This document shows positions 41,296-52,823 of a stretch of 64,000 nt of DNA, piece by piece (within the stretch, counting starts at the first letter, position 1; each line of letters begins with the position of its first letter). Made by a program: the position numbers and the translations under genes. The stretch is taken from contig JAANOX010000242.1 in the NCBI GenBank assembly GCA_020184695.1, positions 1 to 64,000 of the forward strand, given 5' to 3'. The DNA comes from Histomonas meleagridis 2922-C6/04-290x. Lineage: Eukaryota > Protista > Parabasalia. The notes beneath the pieces are model-generated. The model ran no database searches. It was not told the DNA's origin and saw only the letters and a program-made list of their open reading frames with translations.

Positions 41296-43077
41296 TCATT
41301 CTATTACTTTAATTTCATTGTACCATCTTTTCGCTTCTTCTTCGTTATCTATCATTGAGTCAAATTCAATTTCCGTTTGCGGTGTATATATTTTCATTAA
41401 ATGCAGACCCAATTTTTTCATTTCTATATTTATTATTTCGATTTCTTCATTTGATGGCATTGGGAAAACAATTGTCATTTCTTTTGCCCAAATAATTTTA
41501 AACATTTTTTTATTTATTGTCATCATAGAAGGAAACACAGACAATGCAAATCTTTCTACGCACATCATATTAATAAAAGATTTATCTTTAAATGTACCAC
41601 AATGCAATAAAATTGGCAAAAACCTCAAATTCGGCAAAATATTTCGAAACATTACTATTCTTTTATAAAAGATTAATTCGTTTTTTTCGTTAATTCTTTT
41701 CCGTAATAAATATAATGCTAAAGCAGATTCATCAATAGGTAATTTGATAATATCAGTAATTTGTAATTTCCCATTTATAATTCGAATTTTTCGATTGCCA
41801 TCATCATCATAAAATCGAGTAGCTAATTGATAGAAAAAATATTCGTTTTGTATCATTTCGTTTTTCCCTTTAATTTCATATATAACACTTTGAGATGAGT
41901 TTAATATCGGATATTCAATAACATTATTCTCGAGTTGTGTACATGGGCCCATTACATTTCCAATTGTAAATTCATTGGATACGCGAAGATATGATGTAGT
42001 ATCCCATGCAGTATCTTCATTAAATAATGAAATTAATGTAAATAATTGACCAAATGGAGCTATAACACCACTTGTGCTTAAGGAAAGTTCTTCAAGTTCA
42101 CGAACAGGAGCTCGCTTAAAAACACTAAGTGAAATCGAGCGTCCAAGAAGAAGTTTTTTGAAAAAAATGTTTTTTAACTTTGAATCATTACATAATTCAG
42201 ATGTGAAAAATATGACTCTCCCACCTATACCTTTACATATATCATTTATTAGATTCAAGGATTCAAGTGGATATGAGGGTCTTTCATTATTTATATGAAT
42301 ATGTGAGAGAACTCGAATAATTGATGACTTAGCTTCAGAGGAGTTTACAAAAAAAGTGTCGGCAGTGATATGCATCAATGTGAACTCATATTCAACAAAG
42401 CTTTGTATTGAACAGGTACGAAGATTGACAACCGAAACAGTGGAAGAAAAAAGAATAAGGCCAATTTCGTCGGTTGGACGGGAATTATTAAGAGATTCAG
42501 TAATGTTGGAAATTAATGTTTTAGATGAATTGGTGTTATTAAGAAGAAGGTTTTCATCAACAACAAAAAGAAAACAACGAGGCTTCCCATTGGAAGCATG
42601 GTTGGAACGAGGAGGAATTATATCATAAACAATGTGATGAAGTTCTGGTCTGTCATATTTAATGGTCATGTCATAAGGTGGAGTAAAGTGAATAATGGAA
42701 TTGGTGGTGTGACAAAGTGGACATTCCCAGGATTTGAATTGAGAATTAACTATAACAAAAGGAGAAAGATATGACTTACAAGTAATACATCTTGGGATTG
42801 AATTTTTTCTACAATCTATTCCTGGAACATTAACATTTGGTGGAAGTGGACGGAAAATTAAAAATGGTGAAATTAATTTTGATATTTGTGATGTGACTGG
42901 ATTTGGAATTGATTGTGAAATACTTCGAACAAACTCGGAGGTGCAAAAATCACTCTCCTTGAGTGAATTTACACTTTCGTTGATCGAAATATTTGAGTCT
43001 GAATTGCTCAAAATGTTTTGGATTTGGGGTACCCGAAAAATAAACGTACTTTCAAAAATAATTTTATTATTTTCCAT
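41296..43077 (-). CDS. SEC24: Sec24-like COPII coat protein (short, divergent)
   Basis: FVRSISQSIP...LIFRP, zinc finger RCITCKSYLSPF...WECPLCHTTN, trunk FLFVVD and beta-sandwich YQLATRFYDDDGNRKIRIIN. Confidence 0.8.
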   Translation of the reverse strand: MENNKIIFESTFIFRVPQIQNILSNSDSNISINESVNSLKESDFCTSEFVRSISQSIPNPVTSQISKLISPFLIFRPLPPNVNVPGIDCRKNSIPRCITCKSYLSPFVIVNSQFKSWECPLCHTTNSIIHFTPPYDMTIKYDRPELHHIVYDIIPPRSNHASNGKPRCFLFVVDENLLLNNTNSSKTLISNITESLNNSRPTDEIGLILFSSTVSVVNLRTCSIQSFVEYEFTLMHITADTFFVNSSEAKSSIIRVLSHIHINNERPSYPLESLNLINDICKGIGGRVIFFTSELCNDSKLKNIFFKKLLLGRSISLSVFKRAPVRELEELSLSTSGVIAPFGQLFTLISLFNEDTAWDTTSYLRVSNEFTIGNVMGPCTQLENNVIEYPILNSSQSVIYEIKGKNEMIQNEYFFYQLATRFYDDDGNRKIRIINGKLQITDIIKLPIDESALALYLLRKRINEKNELIFYKRIVMFRNILPNLRFLPILLHCGTFKDKSFINMMCVERFALSVFPSMMTINKKMFKIIWAKEMTIVFPMPSNEEIEIINIEMKKLGLHLMKIYTPQTEIEFDSMIDNEEEAKRWYNEIKVIE

Positions 43078-43085
43078 TCATAAAT

Positions 43086-43520
43086 TTATTCTTCAGAGAG
43101 TGTTTGCGCTTGAAGGTCATTAATTGGTAGACCAATTCCAGCACCTTCTTTTTCATGTGCAACAAAATTTGATAATGCATCGATCTCAATCAAAATACCA
43201 ATTTGTTGGGTCCTATCCTTTAGGACTTTCTGTAAATCACTGACCTTCCTTTGATATTCTGCAGATGCCGAGATTTCATCTTTCCAACGATCAATAAACG
43301 CATCAATCCATGATAAAGCAGATTCTAGTGTGTTTGGATAACTTTGTATTTGGTGTGTAAAAGTTTTTAGAAATGGTGAAATTAAATTTGGTTGCATTTG
43401 ATTGACCAAAAGAGGAATTTCTTCCTGTGGTTTTTTAAGAACAAATGACATCAGTGATTGATCACCACTTCTGATTGCCTGCTCTAAAAGTTGGGAACTT
43501 CCTTCAGTATTTTCAGACAT
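43086..43520 (-). CDS. Utp12/Dip2-domain protein (UTP5-like)
   Basis: QLLEQAIRSGDQSLM...LVNQM...FLKTF...WIDAF...LKDR pattern. ATG 43520 is preferred. Confidence 0.6.
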   Translation of the reverse strand: MSENTEGSSQLLEQAIRSGDQSLMSFVLKKPQEEIPLLVNQMQPNLISPFLKTFTHQIQSYPNTLESALSWIDAFIDRWKDEISASAEYQRKVSDLQKVLKDRTQQIGILIEIDALSNFVAHEKEGAGIGLPINDLQAQTLSEE

Positions 43521-43612
43521 TTTGTTGGTCGGCGAAACCGTTGAAGTGCCCCAAATATTCGGGCACCCCAAGAATCACAAAAATTACAAATCATGATGAT
43601 TTCGTCTTACTA

Positions 43613-44203
43613 TTATCTTTTGAGTTTTTCTGTTAGCTTAGCTATTTTTGCATCTTTTAAGCGCATTAATTGCTCAAGCTTTAAAATTTTTTTTTCGAGT
43701 GCTTTTATGTATTCTTCTTGCTCTTCACATTCTTTAATTTTTTCAATGAGAAGTTTTCTATCATCTTCTGCTTGATGTAATTTTATAGTTTGAATAGGAG
43801 CCAAGTTTTGATCGTACGAATCATTTTGATTAAAATCATCAAAATAATTATTTTCTTTGCGATAATCCGATTCAACTATTAACTTAAACTTCCAGAGAAC
43901 TTTTTCTATAACACCAGGTCTTGAATTTGCAAGATTAGTAATTGTTTCTGTATCAAGACCCATCGAAATTTTTTTTAATACTTTAGTATTTAAAGTTTTC
44001 CAATTGTATATTTTTGAGTCAACTCTGAGGGCTTGACTATAATTAAATAAATCGACCATTTTTGGATAAAAATGTGAAACGACTTCAGCCATTAAAACTC
44101 CATCACTAAAATCTCTTACTAAGTTTCGTTTTCTCCTAGACAATGGTATTGTATCAACCCATTGATATAATTCATCAAGTTGCTCTTCTGTAAGTTCTTC
44201 CAT
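43613..44203 (-). CDS. SPEF1: SPEF1-like calponin-homology protein
   Basis: LYQWVDTIPLSRRKRNLVRDFSDGVLMAEVV...NWKTLNTKVLKK plus a C-terminal coiled coil (KLEQLMRLKDAKI). Confidence 0.9.
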   Translation of the reverse strand: MEELTEEQLDELYQWVDTIPLSRRKRNLVRDFSDGVLMAEVVSHFYPKMVDLFNYSQALRVDSKIYNWKTLNTKVLKKISMGLDTETITNLANSRPGVIEKVLWKFKLIVESDYRKENNYFDDFNQNDSYDQNLAPIQTIKLHQAEDDRKLLIEKIKECEEQEEYIKALEKKILKLEQLMRLKDAKIAKLTEKLKR

Positions 44204-44589
44204 TTTTTTAACGTACAGTCTTCAATATTTTCCCTTTGAATTTGATGACATGTTACATGAATTTGCGGTTTCAGTCCAAACAAAAATTTATTTGTTTCTA
44301 TTTTCAAAGCAAAGCTTTTTTAGGTACATCTTCATGACAATCAAATGATATGAAATCATCTAATTCTTTGGTTTTAATATCCAAATGAAAATATGGAAGA
44401 CAACAAATTGTTATGATTTAGATACATGTTTCCTATATTTGTATTAAAGATGTAAATAACAACCAACTTACAAGATAAATATTCAAAAATGATATTTATT
44501 TTGTTTTGATTCCTCTAAGAAATATTTCACCCTCAACTCTCCAAGAATCATAGGGAAAGGAGTTTTTATATTAAGTTTTTTTCAAGATT

Positions 44590-45306
44590 TCAAAACGTTA
44601 TGAACCAATCGTCAAATAATTGAGGAGTTTTTAAAAAAGGGTCTTCATCAATTTCTTTCATTTGACTATCAATTTTATAAGTCCAAAAGTCATCATCGAA
44701 ACTATAAAATTTGGAATTTCCATATTTGGTGTTTTCTAAATCGGTTGGAAACTCTTGTTGAAGTGCATGATCTTCCTCTATTTTTTCGATTTTATCTTCT
44801 TTCTCAATAGTTTTATTTTCTTTAATCTCTAGCTCTTTTTCATCATGTGATTCTTGTGTAGCACCTTGTTCTGGAAGGTATAGAGACCCATCAGAGGCTA
44901 CTAAGCACCTTGCTCTTAATGAGGAATACCATCTATTTTTCACGGAATTTTCACTTCTTCCATCCATTAATTTTGATATCGTTCCCCATTTTGTTCCAAG
45001 GTTGTTTACGTGCTGAACAATTTTTGAGTCTTCTTCGATTGTCCAAGGATCGAATCTATTTGATGGTGATAAGTAATTTATCCATCTGTCTCGACATTGT
45101 CTTGGTGACTTCCCAGGCATCATTTTTGCAATTTCATACCATGTCTTGTATTCTCTTGTTTTGAGGAGTTCTATTAATAATCTATCTTCATCATTTGAAA
45201 AAACTCTTCTTCGACAGCAAACAACTTTATTTGATATGTCATCAACATTTACGAATTGTATTTCTGGCCCTATGTCAATATTCCACGTGTTTCTTTCTCT
45301 TTTCAT
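44590..45306 (-). CDS. R2R3 Myb transcription factor
   Basis: FSNDED...W.EIA..MPGKSPRQCRDRWINYL and WTIEED...KWGTIS...RSENSVKNRW. ATG 45306 is preferred. Confidence 0.93.
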   Translation of the reverse strand: MKRERNTWNIDIGPEIQFVNVDDISNKVVCCRRRVFSNDEDRLLIELLKTREYKTWYEIAKMMPGKSPRQCRDRWINYLSPSNRFDPWTIEEDSKIVQHVNNLGTKWGTISKLMDGRSENSVKNRWYSSLRARCLVASDGSLYLPEQGATQESHDEKELEIKENKTIEKEDKIEKIEEDHALQQEFPTDLENTKYGNSKFYSFDDDFWTYKIDSQMKEIDEDPFLKTPQLFDDWFITF

Positions 45307-45918
45307 TTTTTTGAATTCAAGCGTGGTTGCCAGAAGATAAACCGGCCTCACACAATTCAAAATTTCAATCAATTTCGTGCTTTTTGTGACTACAGCTCAA
45401 ATTTGAGAAGACAACAGTTCAATTTCGCAAAGCAGGTTTTATCGTTAATTCAAAAAGCGTTTACAAAATCCTCAGTCTGCGTGCAGGAAAATTTTGCTTC
45501 CACGTCTTTTTTAAAGTAGAATGACCAATTTTTAGAAAAAACAAGTATACTATATTGAAATAAGATATTTTTTTTAATAAAGAATCAAGCAATATCAGAA
45601 ATTAACTTTAATTTTTAGAATGTAAAATTGATAAAAGACAAAACTTTGGATACTAGAGTGATTGAGATTATCAGGTAACTGAAAATATTCATACTTATAG
45701 TGAGAAAAACCTCAAAAAAATTCATTTTTCTCATTTGGCGGTTGTATTCAAAATAATGTCAAGTCCTGACATTTTTTGTATAAAAATATGGTTATAAAAA
45801 TATGACACAAGTAACTTTTTCATTATAATTTGGTCGCTCTCATTTTTCATTAATTCACATCGAAATTCGATTTGATTTCTCTATTATTTTGATTTTTAAT
45901 AAAATTTTTTTCTAATAA

Positions 45919-48900
45919 TTAAGTTTTATTAATTTGACATGATTTCAACTGATCATAATTGAAATCGTATACATTAATTATATTATTTCTGTCATTAGCA
46001 TCTATTTTTATTATTGCCAAAGGACTAATTTCTCTATTTTTCGCAATTTCAAATTCTCCTTTTTCGACACTAATTTTAATTAATTTCACAGTTCCATCTT
46101 CACAACCCACAACAATTACCTTATCAAACACAGAGTATCCACATCCGGTTAAACCAATTGAAGTTATCTTCGAATCAACTAAAATTTTGCGAACAAAAAA
46201 TCCACTCAAAGTATATTGATATAATGTCTTATTCGAAAACATAAACAGCGCATCGTTATCATTATCAATTACCATATCTCCGACGTTTGGGATTTCGATT
46301 GTTGAAATTTTCATTTCATTTGCATATGACCAAATTATAACTTTGTCCACGCAAGCTGTTAAACAAAGTAAATGGCGTTCATATAGGATCGAAAACTTCG
46401 GGAATTCGAAAGAAGCCTTTGATTTCAGTTTCACACTAAATGTTGAATTATCATTTCTGAAAATACTCAAAACCAAAACGTCGGAAATCGAAGTCGTCAA
46501 CACCAAAAATGAATAGTTCTCCGAGAATTTGTAATGTTTTATAAACATGAAATAAGGAGAACTAACTTTTGCCTGGTTATTATTTTGAGTTGACTCCAAT
46601 AAAATTGCGGACTGATACAACAACGGTTTGAATTGAATTTTCATTACTTTACCGGCTTTTTGATTCAACACAATTTTGTATTGGTTCATTTCAATTTTTT
46701 GAATTATGTTTGACGGTTGGTGGCTATTTGTAAACACCTGTAATGGTACCTGACCGCATTGAATCATCCAGTGGTGTTTTTGATTCAAAAAGTCGGTATC
46801 GTTGTTTACATTAGGTTCATAATAAGATAACGGGTTAAAAACGTTAAAATGTTCAATTGAATTCACACCTTTTTGATTAACACCGAATATTAAATCGATC
46901 CATTTGTTTAAGTTATTACGAATTTCATCAGATTCAAGTACATATCTTTGTAACTCGATAAACCTGAAAGAATCTTTTGACCATTTTGGGAATTCCATAC
47001 CATTAACATCCAACACATCGAATTTATTTAAGTTTAAGAAGATTTCGGGGAAAGAATACATTTCAGGCGAGAATTCGGATGTTGTCACGTTATATATACT
47101 AAAGTTATTTGGGATTGATTTGAATATTCGTTCTCCTTTATCCCAACCATTATTTAAAGCCCAATAATAATTACAGAAAGGCGGTAAGTAACATAAGAAA
47201 GTACAAACACTTAAAGGGTTTGATATGTTTTCAGATTGATGGAATTTATTAATTTGAAATCGTTGTTTAAATATGTCCAAAGATTTCTCATTTTGTTCTA
47301 TCATGAAAATTGGCTTATTTAAGTTCCGAATATTATTTTCATTTAATTCGAATTTCTCTTTTTTATAATTGATGATTAAACGAGGAAATATTGGATATGA
47401 ACTTAAGTCATCATATGAACGATTTGCTAATATGTTAATTAAAGATAAATATTTGAAATTCGAATATTTACCATTGACCCAATTAAATTGGAAATTAATT
47501 TGTTGGTTTTCATTTATGAAATTCGTTTTTTGTAATATGATTTCATTTGTAAAGAACTCAAGTATAAAAGAACCTGAATTAGATGTTTGGATATAATAAC
47601 TATTTGGATTATTCGCATATATATAACGACGTGAACATAGAAATTCATCTGATTTAATAATAAGAACAAAATGTCCACAAAACATTGAATATTTTCCATA
47701 TTCATTTAATAATATTGATTCGATTAATAAGTTATTAAATTTATTATTATCTTCTTCAAGAAATTCAATTTCATTCTTGTCATTCATTTTACAATTTAAT
47801 AATATTTTGATATTAAAACCTTTCTTAAAGAATATCGATGGAACATTTAATTCCATTTTTATGAAATTACAATTATAATATGTATCATAATCATTATATA
47901 AATGATTAAATAACTCAAGAACAGAATTACATTGTAATAAAGTCGAATAATAAAATAAATCATTTGGATATTCATTTGGTATAAATTTATCTTTTTGTAA
48001 TACTGAATTAGTTCGTAAATTATATGTGTTATATACCAATTTCTTTAATTTAGGTGACGTTATATCATTAGGTGAATGAAGTTTAAATGTTGTCGGAAAT
48101 ACAATGTTATTAGGTATTGATTGGAATTGATTTAATTTATATATTCGATATGAATTAATTTCTTTGTTTCGAAAACTTTTATATTTAGAATGATATTGAT
48201 ATATTATACAAAATCGTTGTTCATTTTCTCGTAAATGAATATTCGCCATATTATAATATTGTTGTAAGAAATATGAACATTTAAGTGATGAATTAATCGA
48301 GATTTCAAATATCGAAAATGTTAAATTATAAAAATATGTTGTTAATAATTGTTGTTCTTTATCAATGATATTAAATTGTTGGATTTCTTTTTTGATATTA
48401 TTTAATGCTTCAATTTTATCGAAATTAATTTCTTGATAATATAAAAAGTCTTCAAATGTACCTGATTCATTAATACGACTTAATAATGTTTTATCTTCAT
48501 TATATTTACTATTAAATAAGTTTTGGATTAATGGATAAAATTTATTTATGAAATTTTTTGGTAATTTAATTTTCTTATTAATTGTTTCTGTGAATAAATA
48601 AATTGCTGAATCAGAATCTATTTTAAGAAATATCTGTTCAAGATTCATTAATAAGTTATTAAATAATATATCTTTTAAAGAATTTGATATTTTTGTTAAT
48701 GAATATATTAAAAGTTTTATATAAATCGATAAAATTTGTATATTCGAACAAAGATTTATAATAATTTGATATAAACTTTCATTGTTTTCATTCTGATTTT
48801 GTATTATATATGAAAATGTTATGAAATATAATCCTTTTATAAAGGAAATATCATTTAAATTATTATTATAAATTTTTAGTAAAACATTTCGTAATATGTC

Positions 48901-51900
48901 ACTTTTCGAATAAACGCAAATGAATTGTAATAATTTCTTATATTTAATATGATTACTTAACAAAGAAGTTATTAAATTATATAAAAACTTAGTAATAAAT
49001 TGTATGTAATTATTAGGTAAAGGATTAGTTAATATGAATGAATTATTAAATAAAATTTTCTTAAATTCATCAAAAATGTTTTGGATTTGTTCATTAGTAA
49101 AAACTTTTTGGATTTTATTATGTAAAAATATATTTTGTATTTCATCAATTGATGATTGATTTATGTTTAAATTCTTTATATTTATACTTTTCCCTTGTAA
49201 TAAACAAAATAAAATTGGTAATAAATAATTATCAGATAATATATGATATTGATTATTTAATAATTTAAATATTATATCAATAAATTGATTTATATTATTA
49301 TTCGATTCAATTTTAGTTAAAGGTAATATAAATGATAATAAAACAGGTAAAAAAAAGATTTTCTTTATGTTTAAACTCGAATATTCTTTATTAAAGTCAA
49401 ATTCTTCATCAATAATATTACTAATGATAAATGAAAATATTTCTTTTGTTGGTATAAAACGTTGTGATATAAAACATATTAATGACATTTGGAAATTAAC
49501 ATTTTGATTATTATGTACATTTTTTAAATATTTCATAAAGATTTCTTTCGATTTATTCTCATTTAAAAATAAACAAAAATATAATATTCCATTTAAATTA
49601 AATAATTGTTGATGAAAATAATCCTCAAATTGAAATATCATATCAATCATATCATCTTGAATTTTATTTTGATTAAAGAAATTAAATATTATTTCTGATA
49701 TATTTTCAATTTTGATTGAATAGTTTACATCCCACAAATTTGAAATTGTTGAAAAAGTTGCAATTTTTTGTAAATGATTGATTTTGGTTATATGTGAACA
49801 AATAAATTTCATTAAAGAAATAATATTTAATGTTAATTTTTCATCATTATAATATAAAATTAAGTTAAAATAAAATTGGAAAAAATTGTTTTTAATTATT
49901 AAATCATAATTAATACTTTTTCCCCATTTTTCTAATTGTGATATTAAACTAAAACATATAAAATTAGATAAAACATTATGAGGCAATGAAATTAATAAAT
50001 CGAAATCAAATAAAAAATACATTAAACATTGAGTTCTTTCTTGTATTAAATTAATTGATATATTATTAATAGCATCCAAATAAAATATTAAATCTAAAAT
50101 ATCGGAATTCTTTGCAATCTTTTCTAATGACAATAAAAATCGTTTAAAGTAATTTGTTATTGTAGAAACTTTTAAATATTTCGGTATAAATATAAATGCA
50201 ACTTGTAATTTCTTCTTTATTTCAATGTCATTAATTTCATCATAAATATCAAATAATAAAAATGAAAAACTAATTTCAAAGAATAATGTAAATATAGAAA
50301 AACATGGCGCATAATAAAAGTTACTTATTGATTCATTTATACTTATAAATGATTCATTCGAATACATATTAAATTTATTAAATGTTTCTGTTGTAATTTG
50401 TGTATTAGATCCAAATATTGGATTTGCAATATAATAATGATGATATGAATCAATTTTACTTCCAATATAACTATTAGTTATAATACTTTTAACATTTAAA
50501 ATGAATTTATCATCAATATAAATCGATGTCTTTTTTTGTCTACCAATTAAAATTAATGAGAATTTATACCATTTTTTAGTAACAACTTGAAATATTTCTT
50601 TGTTTTGATAATAAATTTTATCATTTCTAATCGATAAAACAATTGTATTAAAGTTAAGGAATAAAGAAATTTTATCTGAGAAACTTTTAAAATTAATATG
50701 AAATATTATCGAATTATAATTTTGATCAAAGAATATATATGAAGTTTTATTAGGAAAGAATTCATATATCGAAAATGATTGCTTTAAACTCGAAAATAAA
50801 CTTGGAAATACATCAATTGCTTTATCTAATACATAATGAAAACTATTGGAATCAACATAACGATTAATAACTTTCTCTAATAAACGATTTTGTAAGTTAT
50901 CAAAACTTAAATTAAGTTTTTGATATATTGGTATCGAATATTTACCAATTAAATAATAATTATATTTAGAAGTTGTTCTAATTTCATTTAAAAATGGTAT
51001 TAATGAAGGAAATTGGATAATATCATTTTGATCATTGTTTAAAAAGATTAAATCTTTAATTAAATCAATGTTTAATTGAAATATTTTCGAGTCTTTCGTT
51101 TGATTTATTAACCATTCATCGAATATATAAAGTTTTGGAAACATTAACATAATCCTTAAAAAAATTGGAATGTAATCATCGATTATTTCAAGTTTCGTTT
51201 CTAATATTGAAAATCCATTTGAAGAATCGAAATAAAATTTAAGATTTTGGATTTTTCGTAATATTTCAAGATAAATATTTTGGAAGTTTTTGTTTTCTAA
51301 TGTATTTAATATATATTTCATAATTCGTATTGAAAAGTTATTAATAATTAATGTGAAGAAATAATTTTTTAAATCATTTTCATTGTTTAAATGAGAAATT
51401 ATATCGAAAATTTTCTCGAAAAATTGATTTTTCAGATTTTGATTACGATTAATAGAAAACAAAACTTGAAATAACTTTCCGAATGAATTATGATTTTTAA
51501 ACAATAAAATAATTTCATTAATTTCTTTTTCATCGATTATTTTATCAAAGAAATAATCGTCTTGAAATATTTCACTATTACAATTATATTTAATTAATAA
51601 TTCATATAACCAATTAAAGATATTATCATAAAGAATTTTATTATCATAATTTATCGATAAAAAGTCATAAACTTCAAGTAATACAATCGCTAATGAATTA
51701 ATTAATTTCGAAACACGTATTATATAATCAATGATTTTAGTGAATAGTTCAAACGATTCTAAATCATAACAAATATATGGTAAAAACCATGTTTGCGGCG
51801 CAAATTGTAATGGATTACTTAGGAATAGTGTAGATTGATCAATGATAAATAATAAAATTAATTTTTTGTTTTCTTTAGTTAAGTTTTCATTACGATAAAA

Positions 51901-52449
51901 CTCATTAAAATGTACTAAAACATTATAATTGATGTTTTTGTTGGGAAATAAGAGAAATGAATAAAAACTATATATCGTTGAGATGTCCTTGTCAAACAAA
52001 AAATTATTTAATGTGGTGAAAAATTTTAATGTCTCTAATGTCCCAAGATTATTGATATTGTCAGAAATACTATTGCCGATATTTTTTAAAAGAATATGGG
52101 TTAAAGGAACATAGGGTTCAAAGGAAATTTTAGTGGAAAATATAGTGCTTAGAATGTCGTTTTGATATTCGATATTTTGAAAATTTGTATCAAATTGAAT
52201 TTTTTGAATAAAAAAGTCTGTAATAGGCGTAACAAGAGTACCATTGACATCAACTGTTAGACATCGAATGAAAAGTTTCTTAAATCTATCGGCATTTAAA
52301 TAATTACATATACCAGAATCAGAAAGTAAAACTTGTACAAATAATTTAATGTCCCCATATTCTAAGTCTTTCGAAAAAAATGTGTCAACTACTGATATGT
52401 ACTCATTTGGTCTTGGAATTTTGCCAAGTATTTTTCGAAATAATTGCAT
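45919..52449 (-). CDS. BEACH-domain protein (PH-BEACH-WD40); N-terminus probably extends to 52692
   Basis: WVNGKYSNFKYL...NRSYDDLSSYPIFP, EFSPEMY, LNKWIDLIFG, CGQVPLQVF and a WD40-like tail. Confidence 0.92.
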   Translation of the reverse strand: MQLFRKILGKIPRPNEYISVVDTFFSKDLEYGDIKLFVQVLLSDSGICNYLNADRFKKLFIRCLTVDVNGTLVTPITDFFIQKIQFDTNFQNIEYQNDILSTIFSTKISFEPYVPLTHILLKNIGNSISDNINNLGTLETLKFFTTLNNFLFDKDISTIYSFYSFLLFPNKNINYNVLVHFNEFYRNENLTKENKKLILLFIIDQSTLFLSNPLQFAPQTWFLPYICYDLESFELFTKIIDYIIRVSKLINSLAIVLLEVYDFLSINYDNKILYDNIFNWLYELLIKYNCNSEIFQDDYFFDKIIDEKEINEIILLFKNHNSFGKLFQVLFSINRNQNLKNQFFEKIFDIISHLNNENDLKNYFFTLIINNFSIRIMKYILNTLENKNFQNIYLEILRKIQNLKFYFDSSNGFSILETKLEIIDDYIPIFLRIMLMFPKLYIFDEWLINQTKDSKIFQLNIDLIKDLIFLNNDQNDIIQFPSLIPFLNEIRTTSKYNYYLIGKYSIPIYQKLNLSFDNLQNRLLEKVINRYVDSNSFHYVLDKAIDVFPSLFSSLKQSFSIYEFFPNKTSYIFFDQNYNSIIFHINFKSFSDKISLFLNFNTIVLSIRNDKIYYQNKEIFQVVTKKWYKFSLILIGRQKKTSIYIDDKFILNVKSIITNSYIGSKIDSYHHYYIANPIFGSNTQITTETFNKFNMYSNESFISINESISNFYYAPCFSIFTLFFEISFSFLLFDIYDEINDIEIKKKLQVAFIFIPKYLKVSTITNYFKRFLLSLEKIAKNSDILDLIFYLDAINNISINLIQERTQCLMYFLFDFDLLISLPHNVLSNFICFSLISQLEKWGKSINYDLIIKNNFFQFYFNLILYYNDEKLTLNIISLMKFICSHITKINHLQKIATFSTISNLWDVNYSIKIENISEIIFNFFNQNKIQDDMIDMIFQFEDYFHQQLFNLNGILYFCLFLNENKSKEIFMKYLKNVHNNQNVNFQMSLICFISQRFIPTKEIFSFIISNIIDEEFDFNKEYSSLNIKKIFFLPVLLSFILPLTKIESNNNINQFIDIIFKLLNNQYHILSDNYLLPILFCLLQGKSINIKNLNINQSSIDEIQNIFLHNKIQKVFTNEQIQNIFDEFKKILFNNSFILTNPLPNNYIQFITKFLYNLITSLLSNHIKYKKLLQFICVYSKSDILRNVLLKIYNNNLNDISFIKGLYFITFSYIIQNQNENNESLYQIIINLCSNIQILSIYIKLLIYSLTKISNSLKDILFNNLLMNLEQIFLKIDSDSAIYLFTETINKKIKLPKNFINKFYPLIQNLFNSKYNEDKTLLSRINESGTFEDFLYYQEINFDKIEALNNIKKEIQQFNIIDKEQQLLTTYFYNLTFSIFEISINSSLKCSYFLQQYYNMANIHLRENEQRFCIIYQYHSKYKSFRNKEINSYRIYKLNQFQSIPNNIVFPTTFKLHSPNDITSPKLKKLVYNTYNLRTNSVLQKDKFIPNEYPNDLFYYSTLLQCNSVLELFNHLYNDYDTYYNCNFIKMELNVPSIFFKKGFNIKILLNCKMNDKNEIEFLEEDNNKFNNLLIESILLNEYGKYSMFCGHFVLIIKSDEFLCSRRYIYANNPNSYYIQTSNSGSFILEFFTNEIILQKTNFINENQQINFQFNWVNGKYSNFKYLSLINILANRSYDDLSSYPIFPRLIINYKKEKFELNENNIRNLNKPIFMIEQNEKSLDIFKQRFQINKFHQSENISNPLSVCTFLCYLPPFCNYYWALNNGWDKGERIFKSIPNNFSIYNVTTSEFSPEMYSFPEIFLNLNKFDVLDVNGMEFPKWSKDSFRFIELQRYVLESDEIRNNLNKWIDLIFGVNQKGVNSIEHFNVFNPLSYYEPNVNNDTDFLNQKHHWMIQCGQVPLQVFTNSHQPSNIIQKIEMNQYKIVLNQKAGKVMKIQFKPLLYQSAILLESTQNNNQAKVSSPYFMFIKHYKFSENYSFLVLTTSISDVLVLSIFRNDNSTFSVKLKSKASFEFPKFSILYERHLLCLTACVDKVIIWSYANEMKISTIEIPNVGDMVIDNDNDALFMFSNKTLYQYTLSGFFVRKILVDSKITSIGLTGCGYSVFDKVIVVGCEDGTVKLIKISVEKGEFEIAKNREISPLAIIKIDANDRNNIINVYDFNYDQLKSCQINKT

Positions 52450-52823
52450 TGCACGACAACATTCTAAAAGTGTTTCATCATCTAAATTATCAAATACAAA
52501 GGGCAGAATATATGAAAATTCTTTAATCGCGGATTTTTTGGTTTCATTGATACTTGCTAATTTTTGATTGGGAATATTAACAAAAGATCTTAAGCATAAC
52601 TTGATGAAATCTTTTTTCTCTTCGACACTTTCGAGAGATTGGAGTCGTTCTGCGTCAAAGGGAAAAGAATCCGTGGGTAGAATTGAGACCGTTTAATTAT
52701 CTATCGTTGGTTTGCGGCTCGAATTCAAAATTCTGTTGAAATTACGGTTTAACGCCTTTACGTTTACAACAACTCACAATGTTTTTATTCAAGAAAAAAT
52801 TTTATGATTAAAAAAAATGGAAA

